From NCBI GenBank assembly GCA_025558095.1, contig JAIVFI010000042.1, forward strand, positions 310,001-374,000: a stretch of DNA of 64,000 nt, given 5' to 3'. Both the position numbers and the translations under genes were made by a program. The stretch comes from Hyaloraphidium curvatum SAG 235-1 (lineage: Eukaryota > Fungi > Monoblepharomycota). Shown in pieces: positions 39,431 through 52,141 of this stretch (its first letter is position 1; each line of letters opens with the position of its first letter). The notes beneath the pieces were generated by a model. It was not told where the DNA came from. It ran no database searches and saw only the letters and a list, made by a program, of their open reading frames with translations.

Positions 39431-41940
39431 ATGTGGCCTCCCGGAGTCCAGGACGCCCTGAGAGATGTGGCCGAGCTCGGGGAAACCAGCGCGGGGTCGT
39501 CGCTGGCGGCGCGGACGCTTGCGCTGCCCGCGTACCGCGACCTCGGGCCGCCCGACCTCGTGCACCTCGTCAAGCACCACGCGCAGCACGGCGCGGCGGC
39601 GTCGTACCACCACGCGGTCGGGCCGGACGCGTCGTCGCCCGCCGCGCTCTCGGCGTACCTGACGTCGCTGCAGTACGCGCTCGCCGGCGGGTGGAAGCTC
39701 GCGCAGGCCACGTACTGCGCCTTCAACGCGTTCGCGCGCGTCGACGTGCGCGTCGAGGTGCGCATCCCCGGCGGCGTCGTCTGCTGGTCGGTCGACGCGC
39801 GCGGCGAGCGCCACCCGATCGGCAGCGACGAGGCGGGCGCGCGGCTGTGGGACGAGGCCGGCGTGTCGGGCGTGCTGCGCGCGCTGCTCGACGACGGCGA
39901 CGAGGGCGACGGCAACAACCCGCCGCCGCCGTGCCTGCGCAAGCTGCCGCCGCTGCCGTCGGCAGACCAGGAGGCCGCCTTCCTGGCCGCGTGCGGGCGG
40001 CTGCACGCCTCGGCCTGGCAGCTGGGCGCGCCGCCGCTGGTGCAGGTCTCGACAGCCGCCCAGAACTGGATGTGCGCCGCGCTGGACCGCTGGTTCGGCG
40101 AGGGCGGCCGCTGGCGCGCCGCTGCCGCCTTCTGGGAGGGCGTGACAAAGGCCGCCGGCAAGGGCGGCGGCGAGGTCGGCGGCGTGGTGGGCAAGTGCTG
40201 GATCGAGGGCGACGAGGAGGTCAAGGGCGTCGAGGAGCTGCACAACTGCGTTAGGTGGGTCCTCGGACGGATGCGGGGACCGTTCAGGGAAGCTGACATC
40301 GCCTCTCGCCGCGCGCAACAGGAACAACCCGACGCTCTATACCCCGCTGCTCGTGCAGGCCGAGTTCCTTCTGCGGCGAAAGCACCGCCTCGAGTGGGCG
40401 CTGGACCTCGCCAAGCGCGCCGTGCAGCTTGCGCCGAGCGAGTACGTCACGTGGGCGAAGCTGACCGAGTGCTACATCGAAAAAGGTGGGTCACGGTCTT
40501 GCCGGGGAGGCGACGGCTGTTCACTGGCTTTCCCGACACGCGCAGGCGACATCGAGTCCGCCCTCCTCACCCTCAACTCCTGCCCCATGTTCACCTATAC
40601 CGAGCGCGACGCCAACCTCGCCCGCTTCCCCGCCGCCAACAAGATCACCGTCCCGCTCAAACCCCCCGCCCTCCTCGACCCGCCGCAGCCCACCACCAAG
40701 ATCCCCGACCCCATCCCGTGCTGCCTGCTCTCCCCATCCCAGTGGTCGCCCTATGGCCTCGAGATGGGTGACCCGCCCGCCCCCGACCCGTCAAAGATGC
40801 CCTTCCTCCCCCCGCAGGCCAACAACGAGGTGCACCCCGACCTCGTCCGCCTCCCCTCGCTCACCCTCCGCGGCACCTTCCTGCGCGCGTACGGGCTGCT
40901 GGTCCAGATCGTGCGCAAGGTCGGCTGGGACGAGCTGCTCCGCGCGCGGAGCGGCGTCTTCGTGATGGAGGAGGAGTACCGCGCCGTGAGGGCCCGCGGC
41001 GAGGGCAAGGGGAAGAAGAAGGACGCCAAGGGCAAGGGAAAGGCCCCCGAGGCGGCGCAGGAAGAGCCCGGGACGCCCGCTGACGAGGTGGAGAAGCCAG
41101 CCGAGGGTGCGGACGGCACGCCGGCGGCGGACGGGGAGGTGGCCGCCGAGCCCGAGGCCGCGGCAACCACGTCGGCCCCTGCGGACGGCGAGGAGGACGC
41201 CGAAGACGGGCCGGAGGAGGAGGAGGGCCCGAACGGCGAACCGCTGCCCTTTACCAACAAGCGGCTTTGCGAGCGGTGGCTGGACAACCTGTTCATGGTC
41301 CTGTACGAGGTGTGCACGTACCGCGTGGACTCGTTGCGCCGACTTCGTTGACGATTTTGCGTTTTCTCAGGACCTGCGGCTCTACACCGCCTTCAAAACC
41401 GAGATGCAGCACTGCCGCCAGCAGGGTCTGAAGCCGCAGCAGATCGCCTACCGCAAGACGAGCGCCGAGTGGGAGATTTACGGCGATCTTGCTGCCCGGC
41501 TTGAGCACAAGGTTCGTCTGTCGTCGCGCACCAGGTCTGCGCTCTAGTGACCCCGATCGGACTACCAGGAGGAAGCCCGGGACGCGTACCTCCTCTCGCT
41601 CGAGCAGCGCTTCAGTAGCAAAGCGCTGCTCCGGCTCCTGGACATGTACTCGGAGGAGGGGCTGATTCAGGAGACGCTCAGCTGCGTCTCCAAGCTGGCC
41701 ACGGCGTGGGAGAGGACGTACGGCGTGCCGGCGGTGAGTTGCGTCCCCGCCAAAGTAGACCTCAAGCTGACTCGGTCTCCGCAGATGCCCTCTCCGATCT
41801 GTCGCGGCCTCTTCCGGCTGGTCCGGCGGCACGGGCTCGCCAAGGTGCAGAACGCCGCCCTGGGCCTGAAGAACTACAAGCTGGTGTCCAAGTACCTCGA
41901 GTTTGCCGAGGCGTTTGCCGTGGCCGGGAGCGACATGTAG
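39431..41940 (+). CDS. ChAP family exomer subunit (Chs5-Arf1-binding, Bch1/Bud7-like), multi-exon
   Basis: LGPPDLVHL, YCAFNAFARVDVRVEVRIPGGV, ALLTLNSCPMFTY, KRLCERWLDNLFMVLYE, EWEIYG. Confidence 0.9.
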
Positions 41941-42123
41941 CGGCGGAGCCTATACCATTAGAATGCCCGTGGAAGAATCACCGCGTTCGTTGCGCAACGA
42001 TCCATGTTTCTCAACCCAATACATAATGGGGCAACCAATTACGTCGTTCCTCCTTACTGCGTGGCAAAGCAAGCTACACGTACATGCTCCAATATCGATC
42101 AATGGTGGTTCAGCAAAAGGTGA

Positions 42124-45100
42124 TCACTTGGTCGTGAGCTCGGCAGGGTCCACAAACTCCTTCTTTTCTTCATCCCAAACCTTGGCGCCCGCCTCCGGGG
42201 TATAGGTAGAAGGGAGCGCAGCTTCAGCGGGAGCGGGTGCAGCGGCGATCGTCGGCGCCGCGGCGGTGTCGACGGGTGCGACCGCCGCCACGGGAGCCTC
42301 GATGGGAACCTCGATGATCGGGGCCGAGGTCTCGGAGACGGATCCGTTGGCCAGCGTCGAAGCCGAGCCGTTGACGAGCACGCCTCCGTAGCCCTCGGCG
42401 GACGTCCGCGGCTTGTCCCCGGATGAGCGGACCTTTTCGCCCGACGATCGGGGATCGGGCGCGAACTTGATCGCCGTGTCCCTCGGCTCCTCGATGTACT
42501 CGGCGGACGGCACGTGCCTGACAGAGGGTCCGGTGTCAGATTCGGCGATCACGGTGCTCGCGACGTCCCACGTTATGGGGTCGATGACCGCGGTTCCGGC
42601 GCGTGTCATACGGCGGATGAGCTCGTTGGGACCCGCGGGGATGCTGATGGAGGTGTTGAATTTCTCGAGGTTCCCGTATGCCTCCTGCGAGAGTGGGTGC
42701 CGTTAGCACCGATCGCGCATCTTGCGCGGTAGGCCGAGCTCGCCTCGATCGTCATGGCCCTGACCTCCGTCTTGAGCTTGACGTCGGGATCGAAGTGATC
42801 CACGCTGTACGCGTAGGGCGCATCCTCGACGGGCTGCGGGAGGCCCTTGGGGTACCTCCACTTGGAGATGAAGGCGAACTTGTCGGGCTTGTCGGACCTG
42901 TGGAAACAGTCAGCGATCGAGCGACGATGGTGGATTCAAAACCCAACTCGATCTTCGTTCCCATTAGCCAGACGAGCGGGAACAAGAGAGCCATCCCGAT
43001 CAGGAGGCCGGCGTACGAAGGGTAGACGTGATAGCCGCTCGGCAGGTAACCGACAAGGATGGAAAGGATGGCTCCCAGGAATGCGTAAGGCATCTGAGTG
43101 TTCACGTGAGCGTTGACGGAAACTCGGGACGAGAGAGCCGACAGGATGCTCGTGTCGCTGATCGGGCTGCACTGATCTGAAGGGCGAAGGATGAGGGACT
43201 GCAATTGCTGCGCAATAGACGATGACAACTCGCCTCCGAAAATCGAACCCGCGAGGATGGCTGCGGCGTTGTCCACAATCACGGTGTGAGTCATGTCAGG
43301 CGGCGCAAGACCAACGGCAAGCGGAACTGGAGGCCAGATTAAGCAATCTGCAAGGCAAAAAGCTGCGTGAGCACCTACTAGCCAGAGGGAATACGAGCGC
43401 TGCCCCGGCAAACGTGTTAGCTAGTTCCAACGAGAAAATGCCGCGGAACCGGCGCCAGCAACCTACCCATCGTCCCCCACGACGAGCCGGTGCAGAACGA
43501 CATGATGCAGCAGAGGATGAAGCTGTTGAGGTGGAGAACATGCTAGTTTGCGTTGGCCGCCAGGGGACGGGGAAGCTCACATGAGACTCGGCAAGCCCTG
43601 GTACTGGAGTCCGCCCCCGCTGAGTGCACTGACGATCCACTCGGCCGTCCCCAGCTGCCCAATTGCCGCGGAAATCGACCAGGCCATGATCAGGACCAGG
43701 ACCGCTTCAACAATCCCTCGGATGCCTTGAACCCAGGTCAGAATGCTGTCCGCAAACGACATTACGCCGGCGATCTTGTACTGTATAGTGGCCACGAGCG
43801 ACCCCAAGAAGGCGCCGAACATCAGAGCGGCATAGGAGTCACCGTTGCCCGTCATGGTCGAAACTGTAACCTCAACATCCTGGACGAGACGAGCACCTGT
43901 CAAGCCCAGCGTGCCTTGCTTCTTGACAAACAGAGCACGTACGTGATCTATGCAATAGTAGTAACCGGTAAGGAACAGGGTGATGATGATGATGGCGATG
44001 CAGACAGCGAGGGGCACAACAGCGTGAATCCTGGTTGGTGCAAAGGTTAGAACCCATTAGGTCCCGCCGAAGCAAAGACGCGCCAGTGAGGCTTCTTCTT
44101 GTTGCGCTGAGCAGTGCCGGAGACTTCGAATTCGTCGACATTGCCCTGGACAAGCTCGTTCGGTGGCTGGAGCTGGTGCTCGTTGAGGGCGCGCCGTTCC
44201 TGTGCACGTTCGCAATGTAGACAAGACCAAATCCTGCCGCACGGTCAACCAACCGCATTGAGCATTGGGCCGAAATCACATTTGAAGAGAAGCAGCGCGG
44301 GGATGATCGTGAGCATGAAGAAGGGGTAGAATCGGCCGGGAATCGTCTCCAACAGCGTGGTAAAGGCATCTGTGGTGTCGCCAACAGACTCCAGAGCCGA
44401 AGCCATGAGAGAGAGCTCGAAGCCGATCCAGGCAGAGAGCGGAACGATGGAGGCCGGCGAGGATGCCGTCGTGTGGGTGATGAAGGCCAGCTTCTCGTGC
44501 GAGACGTAGTAGAGGTCCTGCAAGAGACCTGTCAGTCCAGTATGCACTGTTTCCCGACCGACAGACATCGTCCTACAGTGATTGGTCTCATTTGGTTTCC
44601 GACGATAAGGCAAGATGCGTAGTCTGAACGGAGGCGTCAGATGTGGTCCCGTTTTCAGTCGTGTCGCCCCACCGTCAAAAAAGATCAGGATTCCGAGGAC
44701 CTGCATCGGCATTACGATCAAGAAGAGTTTAGCGTAGCTGAATTGGAACGTACGTATGCGAGCCACTGCGAGCTGTACCGGCTCTTGGCGTACTTGGAGA
44801 TCGCGATGGCAAGGCCTTCAGCCCCACCACTCTTCTGGATGAGCGCGACCATTGCAGAAGTCCAGAAGGTGAACAGCGTGACGGCCGCGTGGCCAGGGTC
44901 CGCAATGGCTTCCACCTTGCGGTGAGGCGTGGGGTGGGGGTTTGCGTGGAGGTTTGCACGTGTCGTCGGTCGCAGCGGAAAAGCGGGCGTCGAAGAACAC
45001 ATACCATGTACGTATCCAGCATCCGCTGAAATCCAATTATAGGGTTGTAATTATTAACTGGAAAAGCGTGCGGTGTGAAGCAGAACGTTGTTCACGTCAG

Positions 45101-45823
45101 CAACCGATCGCCAGCAGACAGAGCGATCTGACCCACTGAAGGTGGCCGCAAGAAAGACTCCCAGCATGAGCGCAACCAACACCTGTCGCGTCACAAAGGC
45201 CACGACGAGCAGGACGATGATTGGGATGATCGTAACTGCCCCAGGCATAACCTGGACCACGTAGCGGGCTTCCGACTCTCCGACCACCACGTTCATATCG
45301 TTCCAGCCGTTGAACGTACTAACGTACTCGATCTCAAAGTCCGGAACGAGGATGCCTTCGGCGTTTGTACGGTTGAAGCTGCCCGTCATCAGAGTCTGGC
45401 CAGTCGACCTCGATACGAGCGAGTAGGGGACGGGCGTCGCCACATCTGAGGTAGGAGAAAGGTCGAGCAATGGCTTATATCCCGGAACGTGGGAACGGAC
45501 TTGCCGCGTCCGCCGGCCACTAGGCCAAAGAGTAGCGCACGTCAGTGACATCCAGCAGGTTAGGCATCCAAGGCATGCACCTGGACGAGGGTCTTGAAGA
45601 GGCATGGAACTCCATTCAGGCAGACCTTGGGGCCCTCGGTTTCGACGAGAATAGGAAGATCGGCCGCTGCTTGGAAGGCGGCGACCTGCTTGATTTGCGT
45701 TTCATTCACCGGCCGGTATGGAAACACGTCCGGCGTGTCGGGACTCCCGGCTAACGCGTTGGCGGCGAGCGACAGGAGCGCGAAAGCGGCCAGCGATGCT
45801 CCAACGAGCCGTGATCGAGCCAT
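42124..45823 (-). CDS. NhaC-family Na+/H+ antiporter-like membrane protein with signal peptide, multi-exon
   Basis: LIFFD, SHEKLAFITHTTASSPASIVPLSAWIGFEL, DFGPML, ILAGSIFG...DQCSPISDTSILSALSS, HVNTQMPYA. Confidence 0.82.
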
Positions 45824-46327
45824 CGCGATCGGTCGCCTTATCGCCGGCAGGGAAGACCGCAGGGAGGACTCGGAGCTTGGACTATCTGATGGCCTGCGGT
45901 GGGGGCTCATTGGACCCTGGGATCCCTCGCTGGTCGGGCATTAGGAAACGGACCTGGCCGTCGCTATAGGTCACAGTGGGGAACACAGTAGAGTACAAAT
46001 TGATGAAAGAGAGTGCTCCCTGCACTTGAAGTGCACGCAGGCTCGGTGATGGGGCTCTACGAGGCGGGTCGACACACGATCGCGAGACTGTGCTCGGATT
46101 TAGACCATCCTTCTCCAAAGGCAACGGTTGCAAAGACAAGCAATTGGAACTAGCGTCTCTCCTTGTATTGTTGGATTTCTTCGTAGAAAGTGGGCGACTT
46201 GGGGCGACGGCGTTTTCACAAGCTTGGTGATCGTTGGTCCCTGAAGAACCGCGCTCAACGAGTGTCACCCAACACTAGCAGGTGCGTTTCGAACGAATCC
46301 GACCGGCAGGCAGACGCTCCCCATCAT

Positions 46328-47192
46328 ATGGAGCCTGTGTTGCTCTCCGGCGCGCCGGCAGGGGCCTCCAGAAGGAATGCTCCGTTCGCCGAACCGCCGA
46401 CGCCACCGGGAGAACCGGACTACGCCGGTTCCTCGGCCTTGAGCTCTGCCAGACGACTCATTCCAACCGCTGCCTTTGCAGAACATCGATACGTTACTGC
46501 AATGCCCGGCCGGGAAGCGCACACGTGGGAGGCGGCGGACGTCCACATCCGGGAGCTATTTGCGAAGGCGGACGCGGACAAGGACGGCAAAATCAACGCT
46601 GATGAGCTGAAGGGTCTCCTGTCGGAGATTTCGGGCGACTCGACCACGATGGAGGACGTGGAGATGCTGATGAAGCGCATGGGCCTCGATCACGAGGGGC
46701 ACATCACGCAGACCGAGTTCGTCGCGGCAATGCTGAACTCGTCCGAGGATTGGCTGGAGGGCGTTGCGTTGGAGCACGGCGCACCGGCCAACGGAGAAGC
46801 GGGGGAGGCGGAGAGCGAGTGGTTCGTTGTTCCGTGCTGCTCTGGGGCCATGGCGGTCGGCTCAACCTGGTGTCGGTCCTCAGGGCCGCGGCCGACGAAA
46901 TGATCCGGGCCGCATTCAAGGAGTTTGATACGGACAAGGACGGCCGCATCTCGGCCAGCGAGATCAAGAGCCTTCTCGGCAAGCTCACGGGCGACCCCGA
47001 GCACTCTACGGACGAGGATGTGGCCCTCCTGATCAAGCAGATCGACCAGGACCACGATGGCCTTGTCACCGAGAGCGAGTTTGTCAACAAGATGCTCAGC
47101 AGCAGCGAGGGTGGGTGCTTCGCTGGCCGCAGCAGTGTGCTAGCTCACGAGATCCCGGGGCAGATTGGCTCTCCATGGTCAGCCTGGCGTGA
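46328..47192 (+). CDS. EF-hand calcium-binding protein (two EF-hand pairs), with introns
   Basis: DADKDGKINADE, DTDKDGRISASE and DQDHDGLVTESE loops; each half ends MLxSSEDWL. Confidence 0.85.
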
Positions 47193-47272
47193 AGGAACCA
47201 ACAACTCAAAAGGCGACAGTTTATTGTATGCTTTACAATCATATTTCGGCAATTCGCATCCGCCAAGTTGAC

Positions 47273-48466
47273 CTAGTGACGTGTCGAGTACTCCCAAGTC
47301 CGCATCGCTTCCCACACAACCACGAGCACTAGCAGCCAAGACACGGGCGCTACCTGAGATGCCGAGCCATTCTCGGGCGAGGTGATCGTGACAGGCCGTC
47401 CCGATGCGGTCGCGTTTCGAACATCGTCCCTCGCCGCGCCAGTGGGCACGGTAAGCACCAAAACGCTAGAGGATGCTAGCTGGGTCCGTGTAGCAGCCGC
47501 AGCTGTCGTGTTTGTGAACCAGGACTGCGTTTTTGTTCTCGACGACGATGTGGCTGCTGTTGTCGTCGTGGCTGTTGTTGCCGGAGCAGGGGGAGGAGGA
47601 GGTGGAGGAGGCGGTGGAGACGGAGGGGGTGCCCAATCGTCCTCCAACCACCGCGACTGGCCGATGCAAGAGTCATCGGTGACGGAGACCACTTGCCAGC
47701 CGGCGTCCCGAGCCAGCTCTATGCTTCGCCCCAGCGTTTCGCGCACCGTGGTGCCGTAGATGTCATGCGCAAGTACGATTATCGAAGGCCCGGCCGGATT
47801 CAACCCGTCCCAGGTCCCGACGGTCCGAAGAGCGCCCCTCATGCGCTCGAGCGAAGCAGAGGCGTCCATGCGCCAATCCCAAAGGTCCAGGTTCCAATTC
47901 AGCACAGTGAGCCCGAGCTGCTGCACGATGGCCCGGACGCGCATGTCGTACTCGCCGAATGGTGCGCGGAAGTAGCGGGGGGTGTAGCCGAGGATCTGCT
48001 TGAACCTATCCATGGTTCCCATGATCTCATCAATGATCTCTCGCGAGGACAGCTCGGTGAGATGCAAGTGGTTCGTGGTATGGATGCAGAGCGCGTGCCC
48101 CTCGTCGGCGATCCGCTTGATCGTCCTGGCCGCTTCGGGAGTGCTCATCATTTGTCCCATGGCGCAGAAGGTGGCGGTGGCCCCCATCCTGGCGAGGATG
48201 TCCAGCGCCTCGTTCGTGAACTCGGCGGGGCCGTCGTCCAGAGTTATTGCCAGCTTCCTCGAAGTGCGGCAGAAATAGTGGTACGAGTCGTGGTCCACGC
48301 AGCCCGCGACGAGGTCCCAATCGAAGCCTCCCGGAGTCCGTGTCTGCCGGGGGACGTCCCAGTCGATTCCCCGGTGGTGGAACGTCTCGCGGGGCAATGA
48401 GTTGTCCAGGAACGCCAGCGCTCCGGGGACCCATGCGGCGGCGACGAGCCATGCGGCGAGCCGCAT
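47273..48466 (-). CDS. CE4 polysaccharide (chitin) deacetylase, secreted, probably GPI-anchored
   Basis: Signal peptide; TLDDGP, HTTNHLHL, YFRAPFG, LAHDI; Pro/Thr-rich stalk; hydrophobic C-terminus. Confidence 0.9.
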   Translation of the reverse strand: MRLAAWLVAAAWVPGALAFLDNSLPRETFHHRGIDWDVPRQTRTPGGFDWDLVAGCVDHDSYHYFCRTSRKLAITLDDGPAEFTNEALDILARMGATATFCAMGQMMSTPEAARTIKRIADEGHALCIHTTNHLHLTELSSREIIDEIMGTMDRFKQILGYTPRYFRAPFGEYDMRVRAIVQQLGLTVLNWNLDLWDWRMDASASLERMRGALRTVGTWDGLNPAGPSIIVLAHDIYGTTVRETLGRSIELARDAGWQVVSVTDDSCIGQSRWLEDDWAPPPSPPPPPPPPPPAPATTATTTTAATSSSRTKTQSWFTNTTAAAATRTQLASSSVLVLTVPTGAARDDVRNATASGRPVTITSPENGSASQVAPVSWLLVLVVVWEAMRTWEYSTRH

Positions 48467-48816
48467 CAGGGCCCGAGGCAGGCTCGAGCGATTGGCGGCG
48501 ACGGCGGCGGTGGCGGCGACGGCGGCGGAGGCGGCGTAAAGGACGGCGACTCTGGCAGGTGGGCTTTCCGACCGATTCCGGGGCAGGACAGAGAGGGCCG
48601 ATGGCAGCGCTAGCAGCGGCGTCTTCTGGCCGATTCCGGCGCAGGACAGAGAGGTATGAAGTGAAAATTGAGACCCCGAGAAGAGGAGAGACAAAGGGAC
48701 CTTTGTCCCAGGACCCCTCGCGCAAAACACAGTGACTGACACTCGATGAACTGAACGCCAAGTCCACCGATTCATTCAAGAATACGCCAATAAACACCGT
48801 CACTCTATCGTCATCG

Positions 48817-50628
48817 TCACGACAGGTAGAATGCCCAGGCAATGACGAGGTACGTGCCCAGCAGCATGAGGCCCTCCAAGTAGTTGCTCGACCCGTCGCT
48901 GATGAGCCCGTTCACGATGAACACGCTCACAAAACTCACGGCCGTCTGCAGAGCAGAGAAGGGGGATCAGATGAATGCGGCAAGAGGCATGAAAGTCATA
49001 CGAACCTCGAAGATGGTAAACTCGAGCGTCAGCGGCCTTCCGATGATCCAGCCGATAATGACGAGCAGCGGGGCCACCATCAGCGAGATCTGGAGAGAAG
49101 AGCCGACGGCGACGCCGATGGAGAGCTCCATCTTGTTCTTGAGCGCCACGGTGACGGCCGTCAGGTGCTCGGCCGCGTTGCCCACGATGGGCCTGCCAAA
49201 CCGCATCAGCGGTGATCGAGCCGATGGCTCACGACGGAAACCCACAGCAAAATGAGCCCCACAAAGCCCTGGCTGAGGCCCCACTCGTGGCTCAGGCCCT
49301 CGATGCTCCCGACCAGGTACTCGGCACACACGCTGATCACCACCGTCGACGCAGCGAGCAGGAGCACCGCGCTCCCCACGTTCATCTGCGGCTCCTCCTC
49401 TTCGTCCGTTTCGGTGTTGATCGTGACGAAGGTGGGGAAGGGCATGATGGGCTGCGTCGCCGTCGATCGCCGCCTCAGGGTGGAGTTGAGGTCCGCCGTC
49501 GTAGGCTTGCGGATGACCAAGCCCCGGCGGTCCTCGGTTGGGGAAAGGAGAGAAGCTCCCGTCGCGGCTGGCGCCGGAGCAGGCGGGTGCACGGGGATGG
49601 GACGGGCGGGCTGGGACGTGGGGCTCCGCGGGGAAGGGGGGCTGCCGACGCGTTGCGGGTCCGGCGCGGAATCCTGGTAGAGGTAGTTGTGCGTGTAGAG
49701 CTGGAAAGTCAGGTAGGACACGTCTGGAGGGGCCGGTCAGGTGAGGTGGCGGTGCCGCGGCGCGCAACCGACAGATGAAGAAGAGAATGACAGATGTTCC
49801 CCGGCTGAGGTTGAGGACTTTGTGGTCCCTCTCCGGATCGTCGACAAGCTGGGCGTGGAAAGCCGCGGGGATCAGCATGGAGAGCACCGAGATGGAGAGG
49901 AGCGAGCCCGAGGTCATGGCAGCGGCTTGGTTGAAGTACTGTGACGACGCGTCGAACGATGACAATCCATCTCCATGAAGCCGCTCTGCAGCTCACCTGT
50001 TCCTTGTACCGTATCCCTCCGGCAAAGAAGCAGAGTCCGAGCACGAGCAAGAGGTTTGACAGCACTGATCCCAGCAGGGACGCCTGGACCACCCTGAGCA
50101 GCCCATCCTTGAGCGCGATGATGCCGACGATCTTAAGAAGTTCAGTAGTCAGTCCGCAGGTCCGTCGAAACGGGAAACTGCCGCCCACCAGCTCGACGGC
50201 GTTACCGAAAGTCGCGTTGAGCAGCCCGCCGATCGTCTCGCCCACGCGCAGCGACAGCTCCTCCGTGGCGGTGCCGAGCAGCTTCGCCAGCGGGATGATG
50301 GCGAAGAAGTTGAGGAAGAAGACGGCGGCATCGGGCCAGGCGAGCTCGCCGGCGACGATGCCCAGCGGGATGAAGACCAGCAGCAGGTTCACTGCGGGGG
50401 CACTCAGCACGGGCGGAACCGGCCGCGAGGATGGCACGCACGCCATGACGTCAGCAGCGCGTTGTACCAGCTCTGCCTCCACGAGATGGCGGGGCCCTCC
50501 GCTTCCCCGTCCACTGCGGCCGGCTCCCCCGCCTCGCCGCCGTCGCGCACGAACGCGCCGCCGCCCTCCGTCGCGAGGCGAGACGTCGCGAGCAGCGGCC
50601 GGAACTCGTCGGGCCGCGTCGTCGCCAT
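48817..50628 (-). CDS. VCX1: Vacuolar Ca2+/H+ exchanger (CAX), multi-exon
   Basis: [56 protein letters not shown]. Confidence 0.92.
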
Positions 50629-50940
50629 CGCGCGGGGAGTAAAGGGCCTTCGGGGACACCTTCCCTGCGCGTCGGTGCTGTGTCGGGCTTGATCGAAGCA
50701 TCAGCATGCACCCGCCCGCGGCCTCCCACAGCGCCTCGGCCATGTCAGCGCGGATGGACGGCAGAATCGTCGGGCATGGGAACCATCGGACGATGGGCTT
50801 CATGCTGCGTTGAGGGAACCGTTGTACAGGTCCGTCCGAGTGACGCCCTGTCTGCACCGAAACCCCGTTGTCCCGTAGTCGCAAGGAGCGCCATCAGAAA
50901 GCATCATATGAGGCACCGCACACAGCGTGGCCCTCCGGCC

Positions 50941-51690
50941 TCACGACTCCTTCTTCCCTCCCATGCCCTGCGCCTTCCGCAAAGCCTCCAGGTCCTCGGG
51001 TCGATCGGCGCTGAACAGCTTGACAGTCTGGTCGGGCACCACCTGCTTCAACCAAGTCCTAAGGAACAACTCGATGTCCGCGTGGTGGCCTCGCAGCGCG
51101 AGCTCGTGCCACACCCGGGACACCAAGGCCGTCGTTCCCGTCTCGGCAAGTGTCAACAGGCAGCCGTTCGCCGTTGGAGATATTCCGAACAGCCACTTTC
51201 GTTCCCGAGGTTTGGAGGTGCTCGCCACGAAGCGATAGACCGTCCCGCGGTCCGCGCGCTCCGCCGTGACGGCCGAGAACGTCCAATCCGCCCCCGCGCG
51301 CCGGAATCTCGCGGCGTACCGGGCCTCTCCGGCATCGTTCGCAGGCTTGTCCTTCTTTGTGCCTCGCTTGGTCCCAGACAGCGCCCGTCGCGTCAGCTCC
51401 GCCGGCGTCTGATCCCCTTCGTCCTTCGCGGGCTCCGCGAACTCCTCGGGGCGCCATTCGACCACCTCCGCCCCTTCCCACCCCTCCAAAGCCCGCAGCT
51501 TCCGCAGCAAGTCCTCCGCCGAGAGTCCATCGACCCGCGCGACCCGTGCGGACGCGTAGTTTGGGCCCAGCAGGTTCGCGTAGAGGATGAACGCGCGGGT
51601 AGCAACCGCGACCAGGAGGACGATGAGAACGAGGAGCGTGTGCGGGATGTGGGCTTGGAGGAACTCGATGATGGGAGTGAGCACGGCCAT
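50941..51690 (-). CDS. Uncharacterised protein with N-terminal TM helix, possibly SRPBCC/START-like fold
   Basis: Clean ORF with gene-like codon usage; pattern RKWLFGISPTANGCLLTLAETG. The fold assignment is inference. Confidence 0.55.
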   Translation of the reverse strand: MAVLTPIIEFLQAHIPHTLLVLIVLLVAVATRAFILYANLLGPNYASARVARVDGLSAEDLLRKLRALEGWEGAEVVEWRPEEFAEPAKDEGDQTPAELTRRALSGTKRGTKKDKPANDAGEARYAARFRRAGADWTFSAVTAERADRGTVYRFVASTSKPRERKWLFGISPTANGCLLTLAETGTTALVSRVWHELALRGHHADIELFLRTWLKQVVPDQTVKLFSADRPEDLEALRKAQGMGGKKES

Positions 51691-52141
51691 CGAGCCGGCG
51701 GATAGCGGTTCGGAGCGGCGCTCGGCCCTCACCCTGGACAGGCGCGAAACGAGAGACACGTCGACCTCTCCAGTTTGCCCTTTAGTTTACATTGCATCGA
51801 ACTAGAAAGGAAGCCAAGAAACATCAACCATACCATACCAGGGTTCGTGACCGCTTGCGTCGGCGGTGGCACGGCAAGGGTCCGGCAGGCTTTCCGAAGC
51901 ATTTCATCAGCAGACGCTTGCGTCGCGACGGCGGGCGCAATGGCAGTGATCGAAGACCCTGTCGCTGCGCTCCTGGTGCCTCCGGCAACCTCCGAAGTGG
52001 CGTAATCACGGGCCGCCGGATCAGACGCCTGTTCAGCCGATCGCGCGGCGATTATCCGCCGGCACCGCCCCCCGAGGGACATCGAGTCGGCGCTTTCCGG
52101 TCCTCTCGAAGACTCCCTTTCCGCGCATCGCGTTCAGAGTC

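Noticed and set aside
39431-48466. Chitin gene cluster (ChAP plus chitin deacetylase)
   Set aside because: Separated by unrelated genes, with no chitin synthase or shared motif seen.
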